Assembly: GCF_006345805.1 (NCBI RefSeq)
Contig: NC_043014.1
Span: 45,260,001-45,324,000 of the forward strand
From: Octopus sinensis
Lineage: Eukaryota
Direction of reading: 5' to 3'
DNA: 64,000 bases
Below the pieces are notes generated by a model that saw nothing but the letters and a program-made list of their open reading frames with translations, made no database searches and was not told where the DNA came from. The number at the start of each line of letters is the position of its first letter. Position 1 is the first letter of the stretch. Of this stretch, positions 1 through 12,880 are shown piece by piece. Both the position numbers and the translations under genes were made by a program.

Positions 1-1463
1 ATATGACTTATAATGACAACCACATTTATAGCAATATAGCATTACCAATGCTGGAGCTCGGAATTAGTACATTTATTGTTGGATTGAAGTGTTCAGAATA
101 CTTCTTTTACATATTCTAAACTGAAGTCTTAAAATCCTAAAACGAATTTATTTCTCTGTTGTAATTCCATAACTGCTAACATTATTTTGTCTTCTCAAAT
201 ACATGTATTAATTTAACTCTGGATACAGTGAAGAGAGAACTAAACTAGTTTTCTCTACGTATGATACTGCTTAGCTGTAGACATCTTTCATCTACAGATA
301 AAAAATTCCAAAGGCCTGAGATCTAGAATATCAATTCTGAGGGTATTGATTGGGAGATTCTTAATCACTGAGTCAATTGTCAATATTGAATATCAAGCCT
401 TGCATTTGTAATAATACATTTTTTATATATATATTTTTTTTTCTGGGGAGTTACAAAGAACAACAACCTTAAAAATATTCAATTCAGAATGCAGATTTGG
501 GTCAGTGGTTTGAAAATGTTAAAATAAAAGTCAGTTACCAAAGTAAAAAAAAAATATTGGCTATGTTATATATTCTAATGGTTGAATGCAATTAAATACA
601 GGTACACATTAAATACAGGTACACACTAATTTTCCAGCACATCTTCTAATCTAGACATAACAATGAGTAGACCTATGAATTTCTCATAACCTACTAGACT
701 AGTTAACTGGGTGGCCACAGAGGGAACTGTGTATCATCTATGTTTCTAAAGAATAAGCAAAGGTTTGTCGTGAAGCTTTGCAAGAGAGATAGTTATGAAT
801 CACATGGTGATAGTCTCTTGGAAATACACTCTGAATTATTATTATTATGTGACTCCTGTTACTTCAGAAAAATGAATAATATGGTATGTGTCTCAAATAA
901 AAGGTGCAAGGAAATTAGTGGTACACAGTTAAGAATATACCATTAAGGTCTGAAAACTTACTAGAATTACTATAAAGCCAATGTGGCACATATCTAAGAT
1001 TTTGATCTTACAAATCAAAATACTGACTGTTTGAAATTCTACATTACTTGCAGCAATGGTAAAATTAGCAAATGAAATATTATGTGTGATCAGATAACAG
1101 AACATATTACAGTTGAACACATATTTGTACAAGTTTGGTAGAGAAGAAAAATTTATTTGGTTCAATATTTATAGAAAAAATGGATTGATAAGCTATTTTT
1201 GCATTGGTTAACACAAAAAAATTCCCTAAAGTCCACTGATTTGGCTAATCAGAACCAGTGGTAGTCAAAACTCTAATCAGGTCCCAAATCTAAACACATG
1301 CTAGTGATACATATTTTGCAGAACATTTTAAACTTTCAAATTAAAAACTAATAATAAATTTTCTTTTTATAAATTGAGCTCACAGGCCATATGTTTAGCA
1401 TCCTTGTTCTATACTACTGCATCCCTACAAAACCCTCATTCTATTCACATTTTCTTTATGAAC

Positions 1464-1467
<4 letters not shown>

Positions 1468-1503
<36 letters not shown>

Positions 1504-1791
1504 CAAAATAAGATACTAATCCTGCTAGCCTTACCCAGTTTCATTCTTATGATTTAGTCTAAACAGACCTGAACAAGCTAACAAACAGAAAATATCTTGT
1601 TTCACTTCAATTGTTGCAAATCATCATACAATGCTGTTATACTATATTTCACTCATTTCACGTACATCCCCACAAAGAGGGGGCTTCTTTTAAACTGAAG
1701 TCAAACTCTGAAGCTGCAATTGCAGAATATAAATGTATTGAATTAAATATAGCATGCACACACACATACACATACAATCACACGCATGCAT

Positions 1792-1829
<38 letters not shown>
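1468..1829. repeat. (TA)n at ~1468-1501 and (CA)n at ~1755-1829 microsatellites
   Basis: Directly visible dinucleotide tracts; they generate the THTHTH/VCVCVC ORFs in the track. Confidence 0.95.
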
Positions 1830-1832
<3 letters not shown>

Positions 1833-4800
1833 AAAGAATAACAGAGAGAAGTAGGACACAGAAGAATAATACAAAAATAACAATAACAATACTCACAGAT
1901 GAGTAAATATGAAAAGAAGCAATTTATCAAGCAATATCAGTTTATAATTCACTAATAACCTGGTCAAATATGTTGAACCATCAACAGCTGTCAACCAACT
2001 TATTTATTCCAAAGTTTACATTATACAGCTGACAAATTTTGTAGAAGAGATGACAATACTGCAAACTGAGCATGAAGTGGCTTAGCAAAATGGATAATAT
2101 TGTAAAATTGTTAAAGGCCAGAAATAGAGAAACTAATCTATTCTACTAAAATTATTGTTCAGCTTTAATCTAAAGCATATATATTAAAGAAATAGAAACA
2201 AAAAAAAAAAGAAGATATTTTAAAGAATTTTATGAAATAAAATTCTAATAATAAATAAGGATAAAATTAAATTTAAACATTTATTAGTGTTTATCTGTAG
2301 CATTTTATTAAAGGAGATTTTCGAACTCTCATCATTATTCAAGAAAAATGTGCCTTTAAAAGTTGACAACCATGAAAAATCTCAAGAAGATTGATGAAAA
2401 TGTGAAGATATATATTAATAATTCATCTTACTTTCAAAATAAGACAGAATTTAACAAAGAAAAAAAGATAAACTTTCAACATCATGACAAGCCACAAACT
2501 CATTATACCCCTACAATCAATACAACACTGAGAATAAAGAATTTTGAAATAGATATGCTTGTTATAAAACATTTCTTTTAAGATATAGGATAGGCCTAGC
2601 TCACTCCATGGCCTAAGATATCTTAGTAACATACCAGAACACAATCATCATTCTAAATCCCTGTGTTTGCAATTTAGCCTAGAAAATTTTACAATGTAAA
2701 CACTGGAATAGCCTTCATATTAATTCTAGCTCATTGCTCAGCCTCAATGCTAGGTTACTAGTCTCACTGATAAATCCCTATATAATCATTGCTTAGCAAC
2801 TAGTTTCATAGTGACCCCTTTGATGATAGATGTGATGAAAGAATATTAAAACAGTAGCTTGTTGAGCAAACCATGAGTGTCATACTTTACCCCACACAAT
2901 GAAATAATCAAATAATAGAGAATGCAGTATGGCACAGAACAAAATTAAAATATAGAATATCCTTTAGTTGGATCTTTTGTTCGCTTATAAATATTAATTA
3001 CTCTTGTAACATAAGTCTGCTCAAGCAGAACTGACTTCAGCTACTTGACAAAATTCACAAAACATGTATGTGTACTGTTGCTGCTTGAATATAGCCAGAT
3101 GTCTGAGATTAATTATTATTAGGATTGATGGAGAAATACTTTGGACTGTTAATGTCACCCCACTACATTCCAAACAATTTGGCACCAATTCACCAGATCT
3201 GTCATGTCAATTGCACCTGATTCAAACTCATCAACTTTTATTTCAAATGTTGGAACTCAGCATGATACATACATCAATGACATAGACACCAAACCATTCA
3301 ACAAACACGTGACTCACTCAACCAGAACAGAACAAACAGAGTGAACATTAAAAAAAACTCCATTAGTAACAATATTTTGACTTTTGTGCTTACCTCTATC
3401 TCTGTCTGGCTTTTACACAAGCATATTTGCACAAACACACAAGCATTTAGGTATGCATATAAATACATAATTACTCCAATTTATGTAAATTTTTGTAATA
3501 AGATAAATCAGGCTTGTATAAAAGAACCTCTATATGTAATTAGAGAAAAATCAAAAGTACATATCAATTTGGAATTTTAAATCACAAAGAAAATAAATAA
3601 CTGAAAGTTGTTTGCAAAAGTAACAATATAGAAACAGTTAAATAAGCTTGACTGTATCATTTCCATGTGTATCCATTCAAGGATGTTACTTTGCATATCA
3701 AATAAATTGCTTAGCGGGTTGAGTAGTGTAATTTAGGTCCCTGTTTAGCTGGTGAAATTCATAAAAGCAAACCAAAAATAAAATCTCTTCAATGGACACA
3801 ATATGGCAAGAAAGACCCTGCTGTTGATTTTATAAATGAAACTTACTGTGTTTTCAACAAAGCTTTACTAAAGAGTATTTCACACATGTGAAAAGATTAT
3901 TTTCAGATGTCAGGGATTTTCACAATAGACCCAATTTAAAATTTAAAATAAATAAGTAAAAATAAAATTTTTTAAAATGAAAACAACATTAATATAGTTT
4001 TTCTGGCCATAAAAAATAAATTGATTTTCTGAATGTAGTTCTTATAGTAGTTGTGGGTGGTACAATAAATATAACTAGATGGAATGAGAGAGTAAAAAGA
4101 GTGAAGACTATTCAAGAATGGAAACTGGACTAGACAAAAATTTCCTCACTCCATTGAATATTTGAAAATAGAGCCTTGTTTAAAGGGTATATAGCACTAT
4201 CTATTTCTGAGTCTTACATTCCATCAAATCAGCTACTTTTAACAATGCTTTATAATAGTACACTTTACATGGTATCAAGGTTAGATGTACTTGAAAATTA
4301 ACTTTTCATTTTCAAACCAGTTTTTTCTATTAATTCACCATTCAGAATGAATTTTTATATAGTTGTTGGTTTTTGCTTTCAATTTCTGCCACATATATTC
4401 AACAGCAGGCTTATTTCAAACTACAATTGGTAAGTAAATGTGTGTTTATCTATAATCTGCCTGTAACAATAATTTATTCAGAACTGAAAACAAAAGGGGA
4501 AAAATACTAAGCTAAATATCAAATGTCACTAAAATGGCAATGATGACAAATGCACCTAATGAAATGCATGAATATTGATGAAACATTATGGTAAGGAGGA
4601 TAGCTTATAAAAGCAAAAAACATTTTAAAAATCTTGATAAATATATCATGTTCAGATAAATCTAACATTGAAGCTTTCAAATCTAAACACAATATATTGA
4701 TTAGCATATGGACTGAACAGCAGAATTCAGAGAATATTAACCTTGTTCGTTTTACAGATTCACTGTTGCCAGAAGGTAATTTTTATACCATTAATATGTC

Positions 4801-5136
4801 TACCAAATTATACAAGTGAACTGTAAATGAACCGTACGCTATCTTTGCTATCTCATAATGGTTAGTCATTTAAGTCACGAGGGGAATTTTTAAAAAACAA
4901 CTTTTTTTTGCCTATCTGTACAAATGTACTTCTTTGTTTGAGTCATAAACATTGTTAAATCACATATGTTACAAATATTACTGCATTATACCACATTTTA
5001 GATTCATGTATTTCAATGAATTATATTTCACAATGGTTTCTTTCACAAATGACAACAGATGTTTCAGTGCTTTCCTTCAAATTTTGAAATAGTTGTAAAT
5101 GTTTAAAAAAAAAAAATTACATTAACATATTCAAAG

Positions 5137-5184
<48 letters not shown>

Positions 5185-5186
<2 letters not shown>

Positions 5187-5359
5187 GTAATATAATATGT
5201 GACAATTATTCGGTTGCCATAATAAAACTCAGAGTTTCAGATGTCAGGGCGGAAATCTGCTCTGGCATCTCGTCAGTTATTAAGACGAACAAAAATGGTC
5301 TTCTATTTACATAATATCAAGGTCTCATTCATTCTTTTGTTGCCATACTATTACCATTA

Positions 5360-5360
<1 letters not shown>
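5185..5360 (-). mobile_element. Penelope-like (pLTR-type) fragment inserted in a (TA)n tract, carrying a hammerhead-like fold
   Basis: Complex-sequence island bounded by (TA)n at ~5139-5184 and ~5361-5386; contains the hammerhead motif listed separately. PLE assignment is inferred from the hammerhead. Confidence 0.5.
5220..5282 (-). ncRNA. Candidate minimal type I hammerhead ribozyme (HH-2)
   Basis: Minus strand: stem I UAAUAA/UUAUUA, core CUGACGA, long stem II (GAUG...CAUC), extra U, GAA, stem III ACUC-U-GAGU (1-nt loop, dimer type), cleavage triplet GUU. Confidence 0.55.
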
Positions 5361-5391
<31 letters not shown>

Positions 5392-5412
5392 CTTTTAATC
5401 ATAAATACATTT

Positions 5413-5617
5413 TTAACCCTTTTGATAAAAACCTACCTGTGGTTCTATAATATGAGTTTGCTGTTTCATAGACATCTAAACTGAAGCCTTCTATTGCGAT
5501 TTCAAATTAATTGAAGTTCAAAACATCAGATAAATAATGACAGGCGCTTTACTAAATTCTTTGTTATTTTCAGAATTAAATTAAAACAGTCAATAAAAAT
5601 ATAAGACGAGGGGTAAA
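5413..5617. mobile_element. Degenerate piggyBac-type MITE (subfamily F3), one end lost
   Basis: Starts TTAA-CCCTTTTGATA, matching the reverse complement of the right end of the 43669-43898 copy; the internal sequence is similar. Confidence 0.55.
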
Positions 5618-5696
5618 TAATACAAGCTTCTATATAATGTCTGGTTGATACGGTAACATATGACTTAGTATATTATTAAACATGAGACAGCAAGGT

Positions 5697-5835
5697 AGCC
5701 ATTATAAGGTCATTGCCCTGCTAGAAATAGCAGGTAATCCTAGAATTATCAAGAAGCTGGGATGGTCACAGCTGGAGAATGCTTTTCATCACAAATTTGT
5801 TCAATCAGAGTAGACCTGGATTTAATAACAACAAT
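5697..5835 (+). mobile_element. Interspersed repeat family G (AAC-tailed SINE/LINE 3' end), internally deleted
   Basis: Shares ctgctagaaatagcag...ggatggtca...caatcag...gacctgg...aacaac with the copies at 37820, 40405 and 63670. Confidence 0.65.
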
Positions 5836-5861
5836 AAGAATTCAATACATTAATGTAAATT

Positions 5862-6007
5862 AGGGTGGAAAGCTGGCAGAATCATTAGCATGGCAGGCAA
5901 AATGCCTAGCAACATTTTATCCATCCTTACATTCTGAGTTCAAATTCTGTTGAGATCAACTTTGTCTTTCATCCTTTTAGGGTCAATAAAATAAGTACCA
6001 GTTGAGC
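5862..6007 (+). mobile_element. tRNA-derived SINE family B, 3'-truncated
   Basis: agctggcagaatcattagca head, ctgagttcaaatt B-box-like motif, and the tttcatcctttt.ggggtc.ataaa.taagtaccag core shared with many copies. Confidence 0.8.
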
Positions 6008-6480
6008 AAACTTGCTGGCATTGCACCAAAATTTGAAACCAGTATATTAACATAAATGGGGAAAAATTAAATATAGTATCATTTGTAACAACAGCAGTGA
6101 TTATAGCAATGGTTAAAAATAGGTGTTGATATTGCAAAACTACTAATTCACTATAGCTGACAAGGCAGAAATTTATGGAACCATACTTTAAGGGCCAGAC
6201 ACCAATGTAGAAACAATTATTTTAAATGCTTCATTGTTTTTTTGTTGCAAAACTAAAACAGCTGTTAGAATGACTGATCATAACCAACATTGACCTCCAT
6301 CCAAAATGGGTAGTTAAGTGATGCTATCTACCTACTTTTCTAGAGATTAATGAACATATTTCACTCTGGTCAGTAATAGCTGAGACATCAGATAACAGTT
6401 TTCCAAAGCAATTCACAAGAAATCTGTGAAGGTTGGAGGTAGTACTGTGAAGACATAATGATAGGTACATCAAATATATA

Positions 6481-6731
6481 TCATCATCATCATCGTTTAG
6501 TGTCCGCTTTCCATGCTGGCATGGGTTGGACGGTGCAACTGGGGTCTGGGAAGCCAGAAGGCTGCACCAGGCCCAGTCTGATCTGGCAATGTTTCTACGG
6601 CTGGATGCCCTTCCTAACGCCAACCACTCCATGAGTGTAGTGGGTGCTTTTTACGTGCCACTGGCACAGGTGCCAGACGAGGCTGGCAAACAGCCATGAT
6701 CGGATGGTGCTTTTTACATGCCACCGGCACG
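6481..6731 (-). mobile_element. SINE family A, (GAT)n-tailed
   Basis: Near-identical to the copies at 18871, 27529, 38239, 46502 and 49338; duplicated gtgcc.gtggcacgtaaaaagcacc module; (CAT)n on the + strand is the tail. Confidence 0.9.
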
Positions 6732-6797
6732 TATATATATATATACATATATATCCAAACTAAGAGCTAGTGCATGACCAGGATGTTATAGGGTAAA

Positions 6798-6828
<31 letters not shown>

Positions 6829-8358
6829 GAAAGAGCGGAGAGGGGTTACTTTATGATTAAGAACTCTTAAATCCTTTTTTATTCCATAAAAAATATAATG
6901 CTACAAAGCCTCCAACATGGTTATTCAACATACTTGCAATGGTAGCCAAATCACTTTTTTAAATCATACCCTATAGCCTTAAAAATAACAATATACTTCA
7001 TAAAAAAACATCAAATGATCACTGTTACAGGATGAGGGGAATAAAAAAATTCATTATAAGCAAGGGTTAGCAATAGGGAGGGCATCTGTCTGTAAAACAA
7101 TGCTAGGATCTTGTTTGCTAGCATGGAAAAATGGGCATAAAACAAATATATACAGACAGACGGATGGATGGATCCAACATTGAAGGAAGACTAACAGGGA
7201 TGTAGAAATTACATTAGATTGATGAAATGAGTTGTACCCAATGCAAAATAAGTAATCCTCAAATAACATTACCAACAGTACATTAGCAGTAACAAAATAT
7301 TTAAATATTGCTCAGAAGCAATATAGAAAAGAATATATGCTGTAAAGAATTATTGACGTTTTAAGTAAGTTTGATAATGATATGTTGGTATATTACTATC
7401 AAAGTTTTATTTTTGTTTGTATTACATTTTTCATTTACAGTATCTGGGTTTTTACAGAAAAGCCAAAAAAATCATAATGGCTTTTAGCTAGGCTTAAACA
7501 AACATGATAAAAGTTGCATTTAAAATTGTTGTTTTCTTTTAAAAGTTATCCTTAAAATGTTTACACTTAGTTTTTTTTTTTATATATACATAACAACATA
7601 AAAAAGTCATTAATAGGCATTCATAAACATATTTTTTTAATATCTTATGATTTTTAAAACAAATAATATAAGAAATTTCCTGTCTTTTTTCTTATAAGTA
7701 CAACAGTATTTCACTGATGTTCAGTGAGGAAGCTATCCTGAATTTCACTTGAATAGTTAAAGTATGAAGATTTTAATATTGTAGCAAGTGGTACTAACTG
7801 TCACCTCATCACTTCAAGCAAATGTTAATTGTTTGTTGATATACTAAAAAGAAAGAAGAAAAAAAAATTTAAGCACCACCAAAGTATCATTTGTATTCCA
7901 TTGACCAAGTTCATAGAATGGAACAGTAACTGTATGTTATTCTATTTAGGTTTGATAGACTATTTGTAGAATATCATTAGCTCAATTATTAATTTTCACC
8001 CATGAAAGAGGCAGCTGTCAAGAAAGGTTAAAGGAAGTACATCCTTTCAGAAACAATAAGGGTCAAAAAGGCAAGTAGATAAAAAAACAAGTCTCTTCCA
8101 AAGAAAGGCCTGCTGCCTACTCTCCAGCCTGGCAAACCAAAGTAACAGAATTCAGTGCCCTGCCCAGAGAACCAATGAAACACAGTGGATATGAATTCTT
8201 AACTGATGAATTGATGGAGTTATTTGAATTGTACAAAAGACCAGTACTTTTCACACATTTTAAATTATCCTCTCCTTTCTTTTATTAACACTTTTTCTCA
8301 TCCCCTTAACTAAATAACTTAGATTGGTTTAGGCCATTACTGGCTATAACTCAATAGC

Positions 8359-8589
8359 TATATCTTTACTACCCACAAGGGGCTAAACAGAGAGAGGACA
8401 AACAAGGACAGACACACAGATTAAGTCGATTATATCGACTCCAGTGCATAACTGGTACTTATTTAATCGACCCCGAAAGGATGAAAGGCAAAGTCAACCT
8501 CGGTGGAATTTGAACTCAGAACGTAGCGACAGGCGAAATACCGCTAAGCATTTCGCCCGGCATGCTAACGATTCGGCCAGTTCACCGCC
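8359..8589 (-). mobile_element. Full-length SINE family B with 22-bp TSD
   Basis: TSD ttactggctataactcaatagc at 8337-8358 and 8590-8611; the body matches the 23406-23637 copy. Confidence 0.92.
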
Positions 8590-9087
8590 TTACTGGCTAT
8601 AACTCAATAGCACCACCTGAAAATATACCAGAAAAAATTGCTGCCTACAGGCTGATCACCATCAAAAGACTACTAGGAACAACATTCCAACCACAAATAT
8701 TACCAAATGATCTGCATGAAAATTGAAAATATTTGTGAAAATTAAGACAGTGAAAAACTGCATATTATAGCTCCCACTTACTGCCACCCTTGTCCCCAGT
8801 ACTAAAATCTCCCCTCACCCTCAAGGAGTTGGAACTACCTAGTTTGAGAAGCACTGATATACACAATATTAACCTCCTCTTTTATTTTGATTTCGCCATT
8901 CACTTTTTATTTTCAGATCCTAAATTTCAACATACTTACATAACTCTAAAAAAATTTCAAATTTAAAACTATTTATAACACAAGGTTCCATGTCACAACC
9001 ATGAAATATTATTATCACAATGGTTAAGAACATTGAAATTTTGTATCAGAAATAAATGAAAAGAAAATAGTAAAGCTGAGTGATTCA

Positions 9088-9506
9088 ACTCTTTACTCTC
9101 TCTTTTACTCTTTTACTTGTTTCAGTCATGTGACTGTGGCCATGCTGGAGCACCGCCTTTTAGTCGAACAAATCAACCCCAGGACTTATTCTTTGGAAGC
9201 CTAGTACTTAATCTATCGGTCTCTTTTGCCAAACCGCTAAGTTACGGGGATGTAAACACACCATCATCGGTTGTCAAGCGATTTTGGGGGTACAAACACA
9301 GACACACACAAACACACATATATATATACATATACATATATATGACGGGCTTCTTTCAGTTTCCGTCTACCAAATCCACTCACAAGGCTTTGGTCGGCCC
9401 GAGGTTATAGTAGAAGACACTTGCCCAAGGTGCCACGCAGTGGGACTGAACCCAGAACCATGTGGTTGGTAAACAAGCTACTTACCACACAGCCACTCCT
9501 GCGCCT
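9088..9506 (-). mobile_element. Full-length tRNA-derived SINE family C (CORE-like segment)
   Basis: Reverse complement of 61948-62384; tRNA-like head, ggcaccttgggcaagtgtcttctact (CORE-like), internal TA/TG microsatellite, (AGAGTAAA)n tail. Confidence 0.92.
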
Positions 9507-11321
9507 ATATATATAATATATATAATACTATATATAACATATATAATACTGCCATATTTTTCATTATATTGGATTTAAGCAGATACCCAAGAGTATTTGG
9601 TTATTACTCAGTTCCTTCCTTCTGTCATATAGTTACCACAAATCATGAGACAACTTCTTTCCTTTTCTTTTTGTCAATAAATTTCATAAAAATATTGGCA
9701 GTGGTACCAGTGTTGGTGGTGGTGGTGGCTTTGGAGGTTATTGCAATAGCTACATCTGTTACAGCTTTTGTTGTTGATGACACTGTTAGATAGCTTCAGT
9801 TATTTATGCTTCTTAGTGCAGCAGCCAAATGAATGTCTGAGAGTAATCCATTGGTTTGGCAACCTAGATATGCCACACTTCAGTCTGACCTGAGACCGCA
9901 TTACAAAATCTGCCACTAAGATGTTCTCTCATGGAATATATTCTTAGATTCTCTAATTATGGAATTTGAATGGCAGCAATGTTTTGGTGAAAACTGTATT
10001 TTATATGAAAGTTTCCAGTGATATGTCAGGAAACTGTGACAGAAATAGCCATGCAGGTTATATGGAAACAGATTGAGAGACAAGAAGACAGTTAAAGAAA
10101 GAAAAGTAGAAACCAACAGCGAGACAACTAGGGAGATATATATATGTATATATATATTTGGAGCTAATCAGAAATGGTGAAATAGACAGAATGACAGAGA
10201 TGATTTAGAGAACTGACAGGCACATTCTCTCAGAAACAATATTAATGATTGAGGATGTTTCACAAGCCAAGTCCAGAATGAGTCTGCTTGATCAATTAGA
10301 TTCAGTGAAATTTGGAAACATCCTTTATATCCATAAGCCCATCATACAGGTGCCTATATACAGTAAGACAAAAAGCAAGTTCATAGGGCTCAGACAGTTG
10401 TTGAAAGCAAATCTAAAACTGAGTCTAAAAGGAAAAAAAAAATCAAGTTTCAATAAATATCTTTACAAAATCTAACAAACCTGACAGCATTATTAAAAAG
10501 TAAAAAAGACATTCAAACAATCCATCAACAAGGAACAATAAAAGACTTAAAGAATAAAATATGTAGGTCAAAGAAATATACTGCAATGATAATTTAAGGA
10601 TGTTTTTTTTTTTTTTTTAATATGCTACAATTATTTTGATTAAATTACTGAAATCAATTTCTCACACTAGTTTGCAAATCTCTCCTAGAAATAATGATAT
10701 CAGGCAATTCAAAAGAAATAAGGAGGTTAAAGCTATGAGATAATGATGAACAGCCAAACTTTTCGTGTACTCTTTAGCCAATGTAATAAAAAGAAGCCAG
10801 TTCTCCTTCAGCAGAAGCAATTTGACTAGCAGAATCTTCATGAAGCAGCTAGATAATGCATCTTGTCATGGTTCCAGACTTATTAAATCAGGCATTTTTT
10901 TTCTTTTTTTATGGAGAAATGATTCTTATTTGACTTTATTATTCCCAAGACCTTTACCCCATTCAAGATCATTAGAATGAATGGAAAGAATGAATCAATA
11001 GATATTATAAAAATGTGGCAGAGTAGTGAAGGAGAAAAAAAATGTGATATTAATGATACAACCAAGGATGGGAATCATGTAAAAAAAAAAAGAATAGTAT
11101 TTGGCAAACATTCCATTAATTTTGTGAACAAATATTAAAATACTCAAAGAAAAGTTTTTAACAAAATATCTCTTAATATAATGAAATGATCTTTCACAAA
11201 TTGTATTTTTTTTAAAGCTGTTCTATGTTCCTAAATTTAATGAATTTGAAAATCAATAAAAAATTTTTATCAAAAGAAGATCACTATATATATTGCCCTA
11301 CTGGTGGTTTTCCACTAGTCG

Positions 11322-11332
11322 TTATAATAAGG

Positions 11333-11372
<40 letters not shown>

Positions 11373-11710
11373 GCATGTGTTTTAGCAGTTAAGGTGTTGA
11401 ACTCATGATTGTAAGATTGTGGTTTCAATTCTTGAACCAGGTGACAATCATTATAATAAGGATGTGTGTGTGTGTAAGCATGTGTTTTAGCAGTTAAGGT
11501 GTTGAACTCATGATTGTAAGATTGTGGTTTCAATTCTTGAACAAGGTGACAAGATTTCTTGAACAAAGCACTTCATTCCACATTGCTCTATTCCACTCAG
11601 TTGGCAAAAATGAGTAATCCTCCAACAGACTGGTATCACATCCAAAAGGGGAATATATGCACCACCAAAACTGGGAAACTTGCCCTATGAGTCTATATAT
11701 GACTTGGGAC
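11322..11710 (+). mobile_element. Decayed tRNA-derived SINE family H with tandemly duplicated 5' flank plus head
   Basis: Units 11322-11450 and 11451-11552 are almost identical apart from GT length; the body continues cttgaacaaagcacttcattccacattgctc...ggcaaaaatgagta. Confidence 0.75.
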
Positions 11711-12136
11711 GGGTCTTTATCCTTCTATATATATATATATAAATAGGCAGGCATGACTGTGTAGATATGAAGTTCACTTTGTAAACCTGTAATCTGGGGT
11801 TTTATTCCACTATGCAACACCTTGAACAAATGGCTTACATTATAACCTTAGGCCAAACAATGCCTGGTGATTGAAACTGCTAGACACAAACTGTATGGAA
11901 ACCCTTCATACATATTTATATATGTACATATCTCTGAGTGTTTAAATGTTTGTGAGGATTTACATTCATTGTACTGTTTGAGCAAAGTGGAGATTTAATA
12001 AAAATGTCTTGCACTTTCAAAAGCCAGTAGAATAAAATCTCTTACTTGAAACAGATAGAGTAAGTGACAAGGGCATCCTCAATAAGATTTTCTCCAACCT
12101 TATGCCATCAAGGAAAAATGAATGAATAAATGATTT

Positions 12137-12144
12137 TGTGTGTG

Positions 12145-12201
<57 letters not shown>

Positions 12202-12210
12202 CATACACAC
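12137..12210. repeat. (GT)n microsatellite
   Basis: Directly visible. Confidence 0.95.
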
Positions 12211-12368
12211 ACATATGTAGTTGCCTAAAAATTCATGAGTCAGTAAAAACAAGTACTCATATATTAGGTAATAGGTTAGGTATCTTATCATTGATATTAT
12301 TGTCTCATAATACCCAAATTTATTTCATACTAATTGGTAATTTGGCTATTACAACAACAACAACAACA

Positions 12369-12880
12369 AGAATCTTTTCTACTATAGGTACAATTTGGTG
12401 GGGATTGAGACTAGGCAATGGCATCAACCCTCAGTTTTCAATTGGTACTTATATTATTGACCCCAGTGGAATTTGATCTCAAAACAAAGAGATGAAATAA
12501 ATGCCATTTGGCATTTTGTTCAAAGCAGTAACAATTCTGCCAGCTCACTGCCTTAATAATAATAATAATCCTTTCTACAATAGGAACAAGGCCTGAAATT
12601 TGTGGGGAGGGGGCCAGTTGATTAGATCGACCCCAGTATGCAACTGGTACTTAATTTATCGACCCCAAAATGATGAAAGGCAAAGTCGACCTCAGTGGAA
12701 TTTGAACTCAAAGAGAAAAGTATCGGAGTACCAACGCCAGTTAATGATGATGACAATAATAATAATAATAATGGCTTCAAATTTTGGCAGAATTTGAACT
12801 CAGAATATGAAAAACAGACGAAACGCCACTAAGAACCTTTTCTGGTATGCTAACAATTCCCCTGATTCACTACCATAATA
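12369..12880 (-). mobile_element. Cluster of three family B SINE pieces separated by (AAT)n/(AAC)n tracts
   Basis: Pieces at ~12369-12553, ~12569-12715 and ~12772-12880, each with aactggtactt and/or gaatttgaactca motifs. Confidence 0.75.

Noticed and set aside
591-626. 17-bp tandem duplication ttaaatacaggtacaca
   Set aside because: An ordinary slippage duplication with no further structure.
6330-6430. Minus-strand exon candidate FLVNCFGKLLSDVSAITDQSEICSLISRK
   Set aside because: The acceptor is plausible, but the donor is weak and no protein was recognised; it cannot be told from chance without data.
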